Notes: generated by a model from the sequence alone, not told the origin. A stretch of 48,602 nt of DNA from an uncultured Eubacteriales bacterium (GCA_964544265.1 CAZJBD010000004.1:1-48602); one strand, 5' to 3'; shown: positions 9,738 through 19,346, counted from the first letter of the stretch. Numbers and translations: made by a program.

Positions 9738-11688
9738 CTAACTTGATGCCGGCATAAACGCACAAGCCGGGCGTCCCGTACCCGTAGATCATTTCGTAAT
9801 GCTGGTTAAGGAGGTTATCGAGCCGGAAGAAGAGCTTGATCCGCGGTGCGAGAGCGTAAGAAATGTTCGCATCGAGGAGTGTATAGGGGTGGAGAGTGAT
9901 TGGGGCTGACGGCCAAGCGTTGAAATCCAGGTCGCTCCGGCTGCCGATGCGGCTGAGCTTGAGGCCGAGGTCGAATTTCGGAAGCGGAGTCCAATCCAGG
10001 GTCGCGGAGAACTTATTCCTGGGACGGCGCAGGAGGGCAAGTCCGGTATCCTTGTCCGTCGCTTTGAGCCGGGTGTAAGAGGCCGTGATCGCGAGTTCCG
10101 CGCAGGGCGCGGCTTCGCCGGTTAATTCGACCCCTCTTGTTTCGGCCCGGCCGACATTGATGTATCCTCGAACGTTATCAAAACTGATCAGGTTACGGAA
10201 GGAGTTTTGGAAATAGGTCGCTCCCAGCTTGAAGCGGCCCCCGGTCAGGTCCTGTTCGAGGCCGGCGTCCCAGCCTGTGGATTCTTCAGGCTTTAGGTTC
10301 TCGTTTCCGATGGGGCCCCAGGCCGTCGGCGGGGCATAAAGCTGGTAAAGCGAAGGGGACTTGAATCCCGTCCCCAGGGTCGCCTTGAGTTTGGTTCCCG
10401 TGCGGGCGATGAACCAGGCCGGGGCGATCCGGTAGGTGAAGGCCGTCCCTGAGCGGCTGTGGCTGTCGATCCGGATTCCGGTCGTAGCGAAGAACCGTCC
10501 GCCGAGCTTGACCTGATCCTGGACGTAGATGCCGAGGTCGCCGGCCTTCTTGGCGGGGAATTCGCTCACGAAAGGCCCCCAGAGACTCTCGGATGTGTAT
10601 TGGGAGCTTCCCTGTTCCGCTTCGTATTCGGCTCCAAAAGTCAAGGTGTTGGAGGGATGGAGGAATATATTATTTTGCCAGTCGAACTTTAGGAGGCCGC
10701 TTGTAAACGAACCCTTTTCCGAGTCGAACGGATGCGCTTCGTCAACGGGATTGTCGTTGAGCCGCTTGGACCGGAAGACGGCCGCACCCAGCCTGGATTC
10801 CCAAAGGCCGTTCCCGGAAAGCCTGCGGAGCTGGGCCCTGGCGAAAAGGCAATTATAGCGCTGGAAGCTGTTGGGATCATCGCCGAAAGAACCTCCGAAA
10901 TTATCGATCTCCGACCTGGTCAGCAGGCCGCGGACGGTCAGGTCCAGGTCGAGGTTTTTCCGGAGCTTCAGACCGACCCGCCCGCTCAGGGAGAGATTCC
11001 GGTATCCGTCTTTTTCCCCGTTCCCGGCCAAAGCCTTGTCCGCCGCGGAGATCCCTCCGCTTCTCAGATAGGAGACTCCCAAGGAGTAGACGACCCTCCG
11101 GGCGGAGCCCGAGATCCCCAGCCTGTTGTCCGACGTCGATAGCGATCCGGCCGATCCGGAGAAATCGAGTTTGGGCCGGCCCTCTCCCGTCCGGGTTATG
11201 ATGTTGACGACCCCGCCGAGCGCGTCGGAGCCAAAAAGCGTGCTCTGGGGGCCGCGCAGAATCTCGATCCGCTCGACCTGGTCAAGGGTGATGTGGGCCA
11301 AGTCGCAGGAGCGGGATGGATTCATCGGATCATTGATCTCGACGCCGTCGAGGAGGACCAGGGTGTGCTCGGAGTTGCCGCCTCGGAGCATAATGGAGGC
11401 TGCGGCCCCAATTCCCCCGCTCCGGATTGCGGCCGTTCCTACGACGTCTTCCAGGATTTCGAGCACGGAGGACCGATTGGCCCGGGCCAGGTCAGTCCGG
11501 GAGATCACGGTGATCGAAGAGGCGACTTCCTTGCTTGGCGTTTCGATTCGCGTGGCCGTGACGACGACGTCATGCCGGAGCTTCTGAAGCTGAGGCTTAT
11601 CCGCCGTTTCTTCGGATAGGGCGGAAGGGGCGAGCGTTGCGGTTAATGATAGGGCTGCCGCGAGGGCCCAGATGGTTTGTTTAGCCAT
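9733..11688 (-). CDS. btuB: TonB-dependent receptor, BtuB-like cobalamin transporter
   Basis: Signal peptide from ATG at 11688 (AAGGAG RBS), DVVVTATR TonB-box region, IEILRGPQSTLFGSDALGGVVNIIT plug motif, upstream cobalamin riboswitch. Confidence 0.85.
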   Translation of the reverse strand: MAKQTIWALAAALSLTATLAPSALSEETADKPQLQKLRHDVVVTATRIETPSKEVASSITVISRTDLARANRSSVLEILEDVVGTAAIRSGGIGAAASIMLRGGNSEHTLVLLDGVEINDPMNPSRSCDLAHITLDQVERIEILRGPQSTLFGSDALGGVVNIITRTGEGRPKLDFSGSAGSLSTSDNRLGISGSARRVVYSLGVSYLRSGGISAADKALAGNGEKDGYRNLSLSGRVGLKLRKNLDLDLTVRGLLTRSEIDNFGGSFGDDPNSFQRYNCLFARAQLRRLSGNGLWESRLGAAVFRSKRLNDNPVDEAHPFDSEKGSFTSGLLKFDWQNNIFLHPSNTLTFGAEYEAEQGSSQYTSESLWGPFVSEFPAKKAGDLGIYVQDQVKLGGRFFATTGIRIDSHSRSGTAFTYRIAPAWFIARTGTKLKATLGTGFKSPSLYQLYAPPTAWGPIGNENLKPEESTGWDAGLEQDLTGGRFKLGATYFQNSFRNLISFDNVRGYINVGRAETRGVELTGEAAPCAELAITASYTRLKATDKDTGLALLRRPRNKFSATLDWTPLPKFDLGLKLSRIGSRSDLDFNAWPSAPITLHPYTLLDANISYALAPRIKLFFRLDNLLNQHYEMIYGYGTPGLCVYAGIKLE

Positions 11689-11747
11689 GGCCGACTCCTT
11701 TCCATTCGGCCCCCGCTTCAAACCGAGCCCGTCCGTCCGGGAAGAAG

Positions 11748-11782
11748 AAAAAAAATGACCCTGTCTTCCTCCCGAAGACGGG
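11748..11782 (-). terminator. Riboswitch-controlled intrinsic terminator
   Basis: Minus strand reads CCCGTCTTC-GGGAG-GAAGACAGGG followed closely by a T8 run. Confidence 0.7.
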
Positions 11783-11800
11783 TTTTTCCAGGGTTTAAAA

Positions 11801-11955
11801 AAGGTCTCCTGACTTCCGGATCGATCTCATCCCGGGCCTTCCAGGCCGGTCTTTCGGCCTGTGGCCTCTTCCGGGACTCGTCCCCGGTTACAGTAGCGGG
11901 GGCTGTGTCCGTGTCCCACGGACTTCCCTTACTTTAAACCCGAATACCTTCTGTC
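11801..11955 (-). ncRNA. Cobalamin riboswitch
   Basis: Minus strand contains AAGGGAAGTCCGTG, GCCCCCGCTACTGTAA, GCCAC...GGAAGGC and AGTCAGGAGACCT (B12 box), upstream of a BtuB-like gene. Confidence 0.93.
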
Positions 11956-11989
11956 GAAATCGTCTCTAGACGATCCAAACGACCCCTCA

Positions 11990-12018
11990 TTTATAGAGCA
12001 ACGCCCCTTCGATGTCAA
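11990..12018 (-). promoter_or_regulatory. Sigma70-type promoter for riboswitch/btuB
   Basis: Minus strand TTGACA, 17-bp spacer, TATAAA. Confidence 0.7.
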
Positions 12019-12033
12019 GCTGGGAAATGACGT

Positions 12034-12102
12034 GGAAACATCTGCCTCCTCCGGGCATCGCCCCTGCGCCATTGCCTATATCACACGAAAATAGATGCTT
12101 CC
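12034..12102. repeat. Short derivative of the 9331-9688 element
   Basis: 12042-12102 closely repeats 9632-9690; bounded by GGAAACATCT and AGATGCTTCC (9/10 IR). Confidence 0.8.
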
Positions 12103-12734
12103 AAATGCCGCTTGGAGATGATGTGGTTGGTTTTTAGACGAGGGCCGATCTTCTGTTGGGCCTGTCGAGAGTTTGCCTGATTTTTAGACAGGCCGCCCCG
12201 TCCTCTTTTAAGACGGGGCAGCCTCTTGAAGGGAATGGATTGAAAGATAAGTGTATCTTGAAACTCCTATAAAAAGGAGGACCAAAAAGGAGGTGCTTAT
12301 TCTTGGCTGTCCGCGTCTGTTCTCTCATTGCCGTCATCCAAACTAATATACGTGTATAACGGGGAAAAAGTTGCATAGAGGAAATCAACGGAAAACGCTT
12401 TTGGTTTCTTGGGTGGGGGGAGCGGCTTCCAGCGGCCGCTTTTAATGTCAATGATAATTATACCATCTTTTTTCTTTCGAAGCAACATTTTTTTAAATAT
12501 TTCTTTAAAATTGCCATTTCCAGAGGCATTCGACGTTTTTTCGGCCTGAAACGGGCTGATTTTGCGAATTCCCGAGTTAAGACGCGCGGAGACATGCAAC
12601 CGGGAGTCAGGCCCCCGGGTTTTCAGGCGCGGCGTGATAGAAGAAACGGCATGAATTGCCCTCGAGTTGCGCCCTTAGATCGTCTTTTTTGCGATATTTA
12701 CCGGGAAAATGTATAGTTATCCCGAGAGTGAAGC

Positions 12735-14141
12735 ATGAAAAAGGACGTTTTTAGAAAATTTGGCCATGAATTCGTGGATTGGCTGGCAGAATACCTGGAA
12801 TCGGTCGAAAAATATCCGGTTAACTCCCCTGTCAAGCCGGGAGAGATCAAGGCCAAGCTTCCCGCGAATCCTCCCTCTTCGGGGGAAGCGATGGATAAAA
12901 TTTTCAGGGATTTCCAGGACATCATCCTGCCCGGGATCACTCATTGGCAGCACCCGGGTTGGTTCGCCTATTTCCCGGCCAATAACAGTCCTGCCTCTGT
13001 CCTGGCCGAATTGCTGACGGCCGGGATGGGCGTGCAGGGCATGGTCTGGCAGACTTCGCCGGCGGCCACTGAGCTCGAAGAGGTCGTCCTGGGCTGGCTC
13101 CGCATAATGCTCGTCCTTCCCGAAGGCTGGTCGGGGGTCATCCAGGACACGGCTTCGACCGCGACCCTCTGCGCCCTCCTGACGGCCAGGGAAAAGGCCA
13201 CGGGCTATGAAGCGAATGTCCGGGGTCTCAAAGTTCCTCTGACTGTTTATGCTTCCACAGAAACCCATTCGAGCATAGAAAAAGGGGTCAAGATCGTCGG
13301 CTACGGGAAAGAGAATTTGAGAACCGTGCCCGTTGATGAAAAATATGCCATGATCCCCGAGGCCCTTGAAAAAGCCGTCCGCGATGACATCAGGGCCGGC
13401 CTCAGGCCGGCCTGCGCGGTGGCCACCATCGGGACGACCTCATCCGGGGCGATCGATCCGCTCGGCTCGATCGGCAAGATTTGCCGGGAGCACGGCCTTT
13501 GGCTCCATGTCGATGCGGCCTATGCCGGCACGGCGGCCATTCTCCCCGAAAAACGCTGGATCCTGGACGGAATCGAGGGCGCGGACTCTTTCGTTTTCAA
13601 TCCGCACAAATGGATGCTGACCAACTTTGACTGCTCGGCATATTTCGTGAAGGATGCGGCCGCCTTGATCAGGACCTTCGAAATCCATCCAGAGTACCTG
13701 AAGACGGGGGCGGACGCCGTGGTGAGGAACTACCGCGATTGGGGGATTCAACTCGGCCGGCGGTTCCGGGCCCTCAAACTTTGGTTCGTCATCCGCGACT
13801 ACGGCGTGGAAGGCATCCGGGCCATGGTCCGGGAGCACATCCGGCTGGCCAGGCTCTTTGAAGGCTGGCTCCGCGGCCATCCGAAGTTTGAGCTTCTCGC
13901 TCCCGTCGACTTGAGCCTTGTTTGTTTCCGGATAAACGACGGGCGGCCGGAGGAGGCGCTTAACGCCCTGAACAAGGAACTCTTAGCGCGCGTCAACGCC
14001 TCGGGCAAGATTTTTCTGTCCCACACATCTCTCAAGGGGAAATTCACCGTCCGGCTCGTTGTTGGGGGAAGAACGACGGCTGAGCGCCACGTCCGCAATG
14101 CTTGGGAGATCATCAAGTCGGAAGCGGAGCGCTTGCTGTAG
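12735..14141 (+). CDS. Group II PLP-dependent decarboxylase (aromatic L-amino acid decarboxylase-like)
   Basis: PGITHWQHP, SPAATELE, HVDAAY, NPHKW and GRRFRALKLW motifs. Confidence 0.92.
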   Translation: MKKDVFRKFGHEFVDWLAEYLESVEKYPVNSPVKPGEIKAKLPANPPSSGEAMDKIFRDFQDIILPGITHWQHPGWFAYFPANNSPASVLAELLTAGMGVQGMVWQTSPAATELEEVVLGWLRIMLVLPEGWSGVIQDTASTATLCALLTAREKATGYEANVRGLKVPLTVYASTETHSSIEKGVKIVGYGKENLRTVPVDEKYAMIPEALEKAVRDDIRAGLRPACAVATIGTTSSGAIDPLGSIGKICREHGLWLHVDAAYAGTAAILPEKRWILDGIEGADSFVFNPHKWMLTNFDCSAYFVKDAAALIRTFEIHPEYLKTGADAVVRNYRDWGIQLGRRFRALKLWFVIRDYGVEGIRAMVREHIRLARLFEGWLRGHPKFELLAPVDLSLVCFRINDGRPEEALNALNKELLARVNASGKIFLSHTSLKGKFTVRLVVGGRTTAERHVRNAWEIIKSEAERLL

Positions 14142-14175
14142 GGAATCATATTTAGAGATCCCCTCAGGGCTGGGG

Positions 14176-15270
14176 TCACTTGGCTTTATAAATCCCCGCT
14201 TTCTTTGCCCCAAGATAAATGGACCGGCGAAGGATTCTATCGGCCGGAACGAGCTCCCTGACCATCACAGGCGTGATCATCCGGATATGGCGGGCCGCAT
14301 TAAGGGCGTCGCCGATGTAGCCCAGGTCCTCGTCCGTATACACCCAGTTGCGCCGGTCGAACCGGGCGAGGTTAAAGGGTGGGGAGTAAGAGCGCAGCGA
14401 TTTCTGGTCCCGGGTGTTGAAGAAGATGTCGAAATAGGACATGACCAGCTCGCGGATCGTCCGGTAGACGGGTTCCCGGAACCGGAGCACCGAAAAATTC
14501 GACTTGGCGACCGCACCCCAGTGCCCGCGCCGTTTGAATACCGCGATGATGTGATCGTCGTCGTTCGCAGCCACTAAGTCCACGAGGAAAGGCCTATGGC
14601 CGATGGCCCGCAGGGCGGCAGCTGCGAAAAGGGCGCCCTCGAAACAATTGGCTTTATTTTCCCTGGCGATCCAGAGAGGGGAACGGGTCCCGGGGAGGCA
14701 GTCGTACTCGAGACGGTCGAGGTAATGCTGAATCTTGATGGGGGAGTCGAGCTTGTCAAAGAGGCGTCCGGCCGATCTGCCTTCGGCTGGTTTGCCTCCT
14801 CTCCTCTTTACGGTCTTTCTGGTCATGATCGCGCTTTTTCGGTCTCTTGTCGTATAGGGCTTGATGTCGAGGACGGGCGTCCCCTCGACCATGTCGACTC
14901 CCGAAATCCGGAGGGTATTTCCCCTCCTGCTCGCGAGCTTGACGATCGTCAAGCCCAGGGCGTTCGGACGGTGGGGTGATCGCGTTGAAAAAACCCCTCT
15001 CGGCCGTGTTTCCCCCGGCGGTTTCACCAGAAGCTTGGCCTTCGTCGACTTGTGGAAGGCGAAGGTGACGATGAGGTGGGAGAAAGCGGTTACATCCCGG
15101 AGGCCTTCGACGCATTGGGGGAAAATCTCCAGCTCGCCGCGGACCTTCGCAAAAGCTCCCGGGAGCCGGTTCATACCCCGCGGAATATCCTCAGGTTCCT
15201 TGAAAGGGGAATGGACGACACCGATCGGCTTGAAAACAAAATTTCGTCCTTTGCCGCCCTTTTTATTCAT
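14176..15270 (-). CDS. trmO: TrmO/TsaA tRNA methyltransferase domain fused to a putative transglutaminase-like domain
   Basis: N-half has PIGVVHSPF, GVFSTRSPHRPN and GTPVLDIKPY; C-half has ANCFEGALFAAA, DHIIA and HWGAVAKSNF. Confidence 0.75.
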   Translation of the reverse strand: MNKKGGKGRNFVFKPIGVVHSPFKEPEDIPRGMNRLPGAFAKVRGELEIFPQCVEGLRDVTAFSHLIVTFAFHKSTKAKLLVKPPGETRPRGVFSTRSPHRPNALGLTIVKLASRRGNTLRISGVDMVEGTPVLDIKPYTTRDRKSAIMTRKTVKRRGGKPAEGRSAGRLFDKLDSPIKIQHYLDRLEYDCLPGTRSPLWIARENKANCFEGALFAAAALRAIGHRPFLVDLVAANDDDHIIAVFKRRGHWGAVAKSNFSVLRFREPVYRTIRELVMSYFDIFFNTRDQKSLRSYSPPFNLARFDRRNWVYTDEDLGYIGDALNAARHIRMITPVMVRELVPADRILRRSIYLGAKKAGIYKAK

Positions 15271-15324
15271 TGTCGCCGGCAGAGGCGCGACGGGCGAATC
15301 CGAGAGGAATTGTTCCCCGGATGC

Positions 15325-16287
15325 CTAATAGACATATGTCAGCCACTTCTCGTATTTAGGGACCTTCCCGGAGACGATATCCTTGAAAGAGGCCTTGAGC
15401 TCGAGGAAGACTCTCCCGGGCTTGCCGTCGCCGATGGCGCGCTCGGTCTTCTTGTCTTTCCCGTTCGATCCGTCCGCCACCCGGACGAGGGACGTGATCT
15501 CCACGGCGGTCCCGGTAAAGAAGGCCTCATCGGCGCCGAAAAGCTCCTCTTTCGTGATGGGTCCGATCTCGGTTCGGTAGCCGCGGTCCGCCGCGAACTC
15601 CAGAACACTTGTCCTGGTGATGCCTTCGAGGATGGATTCTTGGATGCCGTTGGTCCTGAGGGTTCTGCCCTTGACAACGAAGATGTTCTCTCCCGGCCCT
15701 TCCGCGACTCGTCCCTCGAGATTCATAAAGATCGCCTCGTCGTACCCCTGGGCCCGAGCTTCCAGGCCGGAGATCGTGGATTGGACATAGAACCCGCCCA
15801 GTTTGGCCCTCATATCCAGCTGGCTGTGGTGAACCCTCCGTTCCGGAACGATGAGGGCCGATACCCCCTCGGCTGCCTTTTCTCCCAGGTATGCGCCCCA
15901 CTCCCATACGCCGATGAGCATCTCGACCGGGCAGGCCTTGGGGACCAGCCCGAGATTGCCGTATGAGTAGAACAGAAGGGGGCGGATGTAAGCGCTTTTA
16001 AGGCCGTTCTCCCTCATGACCAGCCGGATGAGTTCGATGATCTCCCCCTTGGAGTGAGGGGATTTCATCTTGATGACAGAGGCCGAATGCAGGAAGCGGT
16101 CGATGTGATCCGGCAGGCGGAAAACCGCCGGCCCCTTGGCCGTATCGTATGCACGGATGCCTTCGAACGTGCAGGTGCCGTAATGAAGGGCATGGGTCAT
16201 GGGATGAAGCGTGGCCTCGGACCAATCATAAAAGGTCCCCATGTGCCAGTACTTCTTGGCGCCGGGGAAGTGAGTGTTAGGAAACAT
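15325..16287 (-). CDS. ilvE: Branched-chain amino acid aminotransferase
   Basis: HALHYG..FEGIRAY, YIRP, EGPGENIF, ILEGITR and FTGTAVE motifs. Confidence 0.9.
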   Translation of the reverse strand: MFPNTHFPGAKKYWHMGTFYDWSEATLHPMTHALHYGTCTFEGIRAYDTAKGPAVFRLPDHIDRFLHSASVIKMKSPHSKGEIIELIRLVMRENGLKSAYIRPLLFYSYGNLGLVPKACPVEMLIGVWEWGAYLGEKAAEGVSALIVPERRVHHSQLDMRAKLGGFYVQSTISGLEARAQGYDEAIFMNLEGRVAEGPGENIFVVKGRTLRTNGIQESILEGITRTSVLEFAADRGYRTEIGPITKEELFGADEAFFTGTAVEITSLVRVADGSNGKDKKTERAIGDGKPGRVFLELKASFKDIVSGKVPKYEKWLTYVY

Positions 16288-16529
16288 GGCAGACTCCTTG
16301 GACTGAATGAATACAGGGATTTAGAACGGAAGTGACACCTTGTGCCAAAGGCCCAGCGTGAAAGAAGACACAACCTCCGTTGTTGAGGATTTATCCTAGC
16401 ACACAAACCAAGCCGGGGTCAATCAACATTTTTTGGGGAGCTTGAGGATGCTATTCAGGACCGTTCATAAAAGGGCCGTGGGATTGAGAGCGGCTAATAT
16501 TAATAAGAGCGCATTTGATAGCTGCCGGC

Positions 16530-17468
16530 TTATTTGCCGAAAAACGTTTTGCCTTTAAATCTGGCCCGGCTGATTTTTTTTGCCGAAACCAGGGAGACCA
16601 ATGCTTTACGGACCTCGTCATGATGGGCCCCCAAGGACGCGGCAATATCTTCCGCCGTCACGGGACGCCTCCGTACAATGGACAGAATACCGGCCTCCAG
16701 GCTATCGATGGCCGGCTTTTGGGGCTTCTTCGGGAAGTCCGCCACGACCTCACAGCCCTCGCCGATGGCTTGGCGAATCCTTTCCATGTCGGCGGTGGCT
16801 AGCGGCCGGCAATGCTTTACGGCCGGCGGCCGGACAACCGTATTCAGCTGGACCTTATCCGGCCGGATGGCGGAGATGGCTTGCTTGAGTTTCCTGACAT
16901 GAGAAGGGGAGTCGTTTATCCCCTTGACGAGCATGATCTCGAGCCAAATTGAGCCCTTGTAGCGCCGGCGAAACTCGATCAGCCCCTTGAGCGTCCGGCT
17001 CAGAGACAGGGAGCGATGAGGACGGTTGATCCTTTTAAACATGCCGGGGGTTGCTGCGTCCAAGGAAGGGACCACGACATCCGCTGCCCGCAGCGCCTCG
17101 CGGACGTCCGGCCGCGCGAGAAGCGTCGCATTGGTCAAGACGGCCACGGGGATAGCCGTCATCTTCTTAATGCCGCAGATGATCGTGCCGATCGCACGGT
17201 TGAGCGTCGGCTCCCCCGAACCTGAGAATGTGATGTGATCGATGTGCACTCCCGAGGCGATCGCCCTCCGGACCTGGGCGAGGATTTGCTTCGGATCGAA
17301 AAACGACCTTCTCCGGACCGCTTTTCGGGAGGAAGAGCCGAGTTGACAGTAGATGCAGTCCAGGGTGCAGGTCTTAAGAGGGAGGATGTCCACCCCGAGG
17401 GAGAAACCAAGCCTCCTTGACGGCACAGGACCATAGACGCAAGTCCGCTTCGGTGCCTTGGGCGCCAT
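16530..17468 (-). CDS. Radical SAM protein of unknown function
   Basis: YGPVPSRRLG, CTLDCIYC and SGSGEPTL motifs; probable C-terminal HTH. Confidence 0.88.
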   Translation of the reverse strand: MAPKAPKRTCVYGPVPSRRLGFSLGVDILPLKTCTLDCIYCQLGSSSRKAVRRRSFFDPKQILAQVRRAIASGVHIDHITFSGSGEPTLNRAIGTIICGIKKMTAIPVAVLTNATLLARPDVREALRAADVVVPSLDAATPGMFKRINRPHRSLSLSRTLKGLIEFRRRYKGSIWLEIMLVKGINDSPSHVRKLKQAISAIRPDKVQLNTVVRPPAVKHCRPLATADMERIRQAIGEGCEVVADFPKKPQKPAIDSLEAGILSIVRRRPVTAEDIAASLGAHHDEVRKALVSLVSAKKISRARFKGKTFFGK

Positions 17469-17473
17469 GACCG

Positions 17474-17677
17474 TCAGGACTTATCCTTGTAAAGCTGGGT
17501 GAAGGCCCGCAAGGAACGGTCGTAAGTCTTTTCTACGGCGTCGGGGAACAGGCAAGCCGGGAGTTCTTTGTGGCTCCAGTGGTACTGGAGGCATTCGCAG
17601 CAAAGACCTTTGCGATCGCAGGGCTCCCAGGAACAATTGCACCGTTTCGCGTTTTGCCGGACGTTGCACTCTCTCAT
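17474..17677 (-). CDS. Small Cys-rich protein (DUF6485-like), 67 aa
   Basis: MRECNVRQNAKRCNCSWEPCDRKGLCCECLQYH...ELPACLFP...YDRS; start moved to 17677 because the longer ORF runs through a repeat. Confidence 0.75.
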   Translation of the reverse strand: MRECNVRQNAKRCNCSWEPCDRKGLCCECLQYHWSHKELPACLFPDAVEKTYDRSLRAFTQLYKDKS

Positions 17678-17699
17678 AAACGTATTATCCGATTTAAAC

Positions 17700-17875
17700 A
17701 AGTCGTGGTCAAACCCGCAAGATGGCCGTTGGGATTCTTTCTTACCAAGCGATGACATCGACTTCTGGAGATCCGTGGAATTCCAGGGACACGATACCAA
17801 TTCCAGAGAATTCGTTCATGTCCCGGAATTCCAGCTCGCGTCCTATCGGCCATCTTGAGGGTTTGACCCCGACTT
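17700..17875. repeat. Divergent family A doublet with nested degenerate family B copy
   Basis: Arms AGTCGTGGTCAAACCCGCAAGATGGCCG and CGGCCATCTTGAGGGTTTGACCCCGACT; inner GGGACACGATACCAATTCC at 17786-17804. Confidence 0.75.
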
Positions 17876-17925
17876 TCCCCTAAGATATAATATTTTTTGC
17901 GAATTCGATCATTAAGAGGGAGAAC

Positions 17926-18336
17926 GTGAGCGCATATACGATAAAAGAAGCCAAAGCCGGGCTCGCAGCGAAACTCCCGGCGATAGATACCTTTCCTAAT
18001 CAATTCTCCGGCTACGAGATCAAAATCGAGGTCCCCGAGTTCACCTCAGTCTGTCCGAAGACCGGCCTGCCGGATTTCGGAATCCTGACCATTTATTACC
18101 AGCCAAAAGCACGCGTCTTGGAGCTCAAATCCCTGAAAAAATATTTTTTGGCTTACCGAAACCTGGGCATCTTCTATGAGAACGTCGTCAATCGCGTCCT
18201 TGAAGATATCGTCAAAGCCTGCCGCCCCATTCGGGCTTCCGTAACGGGCGTATTTAATCCCAGGGGCGGACTCAGATCCATAATCGAAGCCCATTACCCG
18301 CGTCCCGGGAAGAGGTCCCGGATGGCGAGGGGATAG
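17926..18336 (+). CDS. queF: NADPH-dependent preQ0 reductase (single-domain)
   Basis: EFTSVCPKTGLPDFG, ELKSLK and PRGG motifs. Confidence 0.93.
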   Translation: MSAYTIKEAKAGLAAKLPAIDTFPNQFSGYEIKIEVPEFTSVCPKTGLPDFGILTIYYQPKARVLELKSLKKYFLAYRNLGIFYENVVNRVLEDIVKACRPIRASVTGVFNPRGGLRSIIEAHYPRPGKRSRMARG

Positions 18337-18395
18337 GTCTTCGGTCCCTGCCCGCCGCGCGTTCCAACAAAAGCCTGCCAAGTGTGAGTTGAGCC

Positions 18396-19346
18396 ATGTC
18401 GAGGATCGAGAATAAGGCCGCGTTCGAGACAACCGATCTCTGGATGCTCCTGACGACCATGATCTGGGCCGTCAACCTGTCCTTGATCAAGTTTTCCCTG
18501 CGTGAGTTCACTCCGCACGGATTTAACGGGGTTCGGCTGGCCCTGTCCTCAGTGATTTTTCTCGTCGTCCTCGCTTTCCGGCCCGGCGGCTTTTCCCTCG
18601 GCAGGGGGGATTATCTGAAGGTCGCGGTGCTGGGACTCCTGGGAACGACAATCTACCAGCTTCTCTTCATCCAAGGCATCACCCGGACCCAGGCGACAAC
18701 GGCCTCCATGATCATGCCCATGACCCCGGTGTTCATCGCGGTCCTCAGCTCCGTTTTCAAGCTCGAGCGCATCCATTGGGCAGCTTGGCTGGGCATCGCC
18801 GTTTCTTTCCTGGGCGTCTATCTTCTCATTAGCGGTCAGAACGGTCATATCGGCCTCAGCTGGCAGTCCGTCAAAGGCGACATCTTCCTCCTTTTGGCCA
18901 ACCTGGCATGGGCTCTCTATACCATCTTCTCCAAGCCGCTCTTGGAAAGGGTCGCGCCGGTGAAGCTCGCCGGCATATCTCTCGTGATCGGCACGGCATT
19001 CTACCTGCCCTTCGCCGCCGCGGACGTGGTCCGGATTCCCTGGTCCTCCATCAGCCGGGGCGCCTGGGCATCGGTCCTCTATTCCGCCGTTCTGGCCATG
19101 GTTGTCAGTTTCATCGTCTACTGCAGTTCCGTCCGGACGGTCGGGAATACAAAGACGGGAATCTACAGCAACCTCAATCCCGTCTTCGCCGTGATCTTCG
19201 CCTGGTTTTTCCTCTCCGAAAGGATCTCCGCCGTCGAGGCCGGCGGAGGGCTCGTCATTTTTCTCGGCGTTTACTTGACGAGGTCAGGATATAAGTATTT
19301 TCTCAAAAAGCCGGAGGGGAAAAACTCTATGGACGGTGCCGGATGA
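18396..19346 (+). CDS. EamA/DMT family transporter
   Basis: About 10 hydrophobic segments in two repeats; NLNPVFAV...LSERI motif. Confidence 0.9.
   Translation: MSRIENKAAFETTDLWMLLTTMIWAVNLSLIKFSLREFTPHGFNGVRLALSSVIFLVVLAFRPGGFSLGRGDYLKVAVLGLLGTTIYQLLFIQGITRTQATTASMIMPMTPVFIAVLSSVFKLERIHWAAWLGIAVSFLGVYLLISGQNGHIGLSWQSVKGDIFLLLANLAWALYTIFSKPLLERVAPVKLAGISLVIGTAFYLPFAAADVVRIPWSSISRGAWASVLYSAVLAMVVSFIVYCSSVRTVGNTKTGIYSNLNPVFAVIFAWFFLSERISAVEAGGGLVIFLGVYLTRSGYKYFLKKPEGKNSMDGAG

Noticed and set aside
12191-12223. GC hairpin as an intrinsic terminator
   Set aside because: No U-tract follows it on either strand.
12134-12599. ORFs of 105 aa and 100 aa in the AT-rich intergenic region
   Set aside because: No recognisable motifs or RBS, and composition atypical of the real genes here.
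16411-16428. CCGGGGTCAATC as another REP copy
   Set aside because: Only about 8 nt match the arm and there is no partner. It is explained as the -35 of an ilvE promoter (TTGACC-18-TAGGAT); a decayed arm cannot be excluded.
17678-17925. preQ1 riboswitch upstream of queF (or queC)
   Set aside because: No preQ1 consensus was recognised; the regions are occupied by repeats and the predicted leaders are short.
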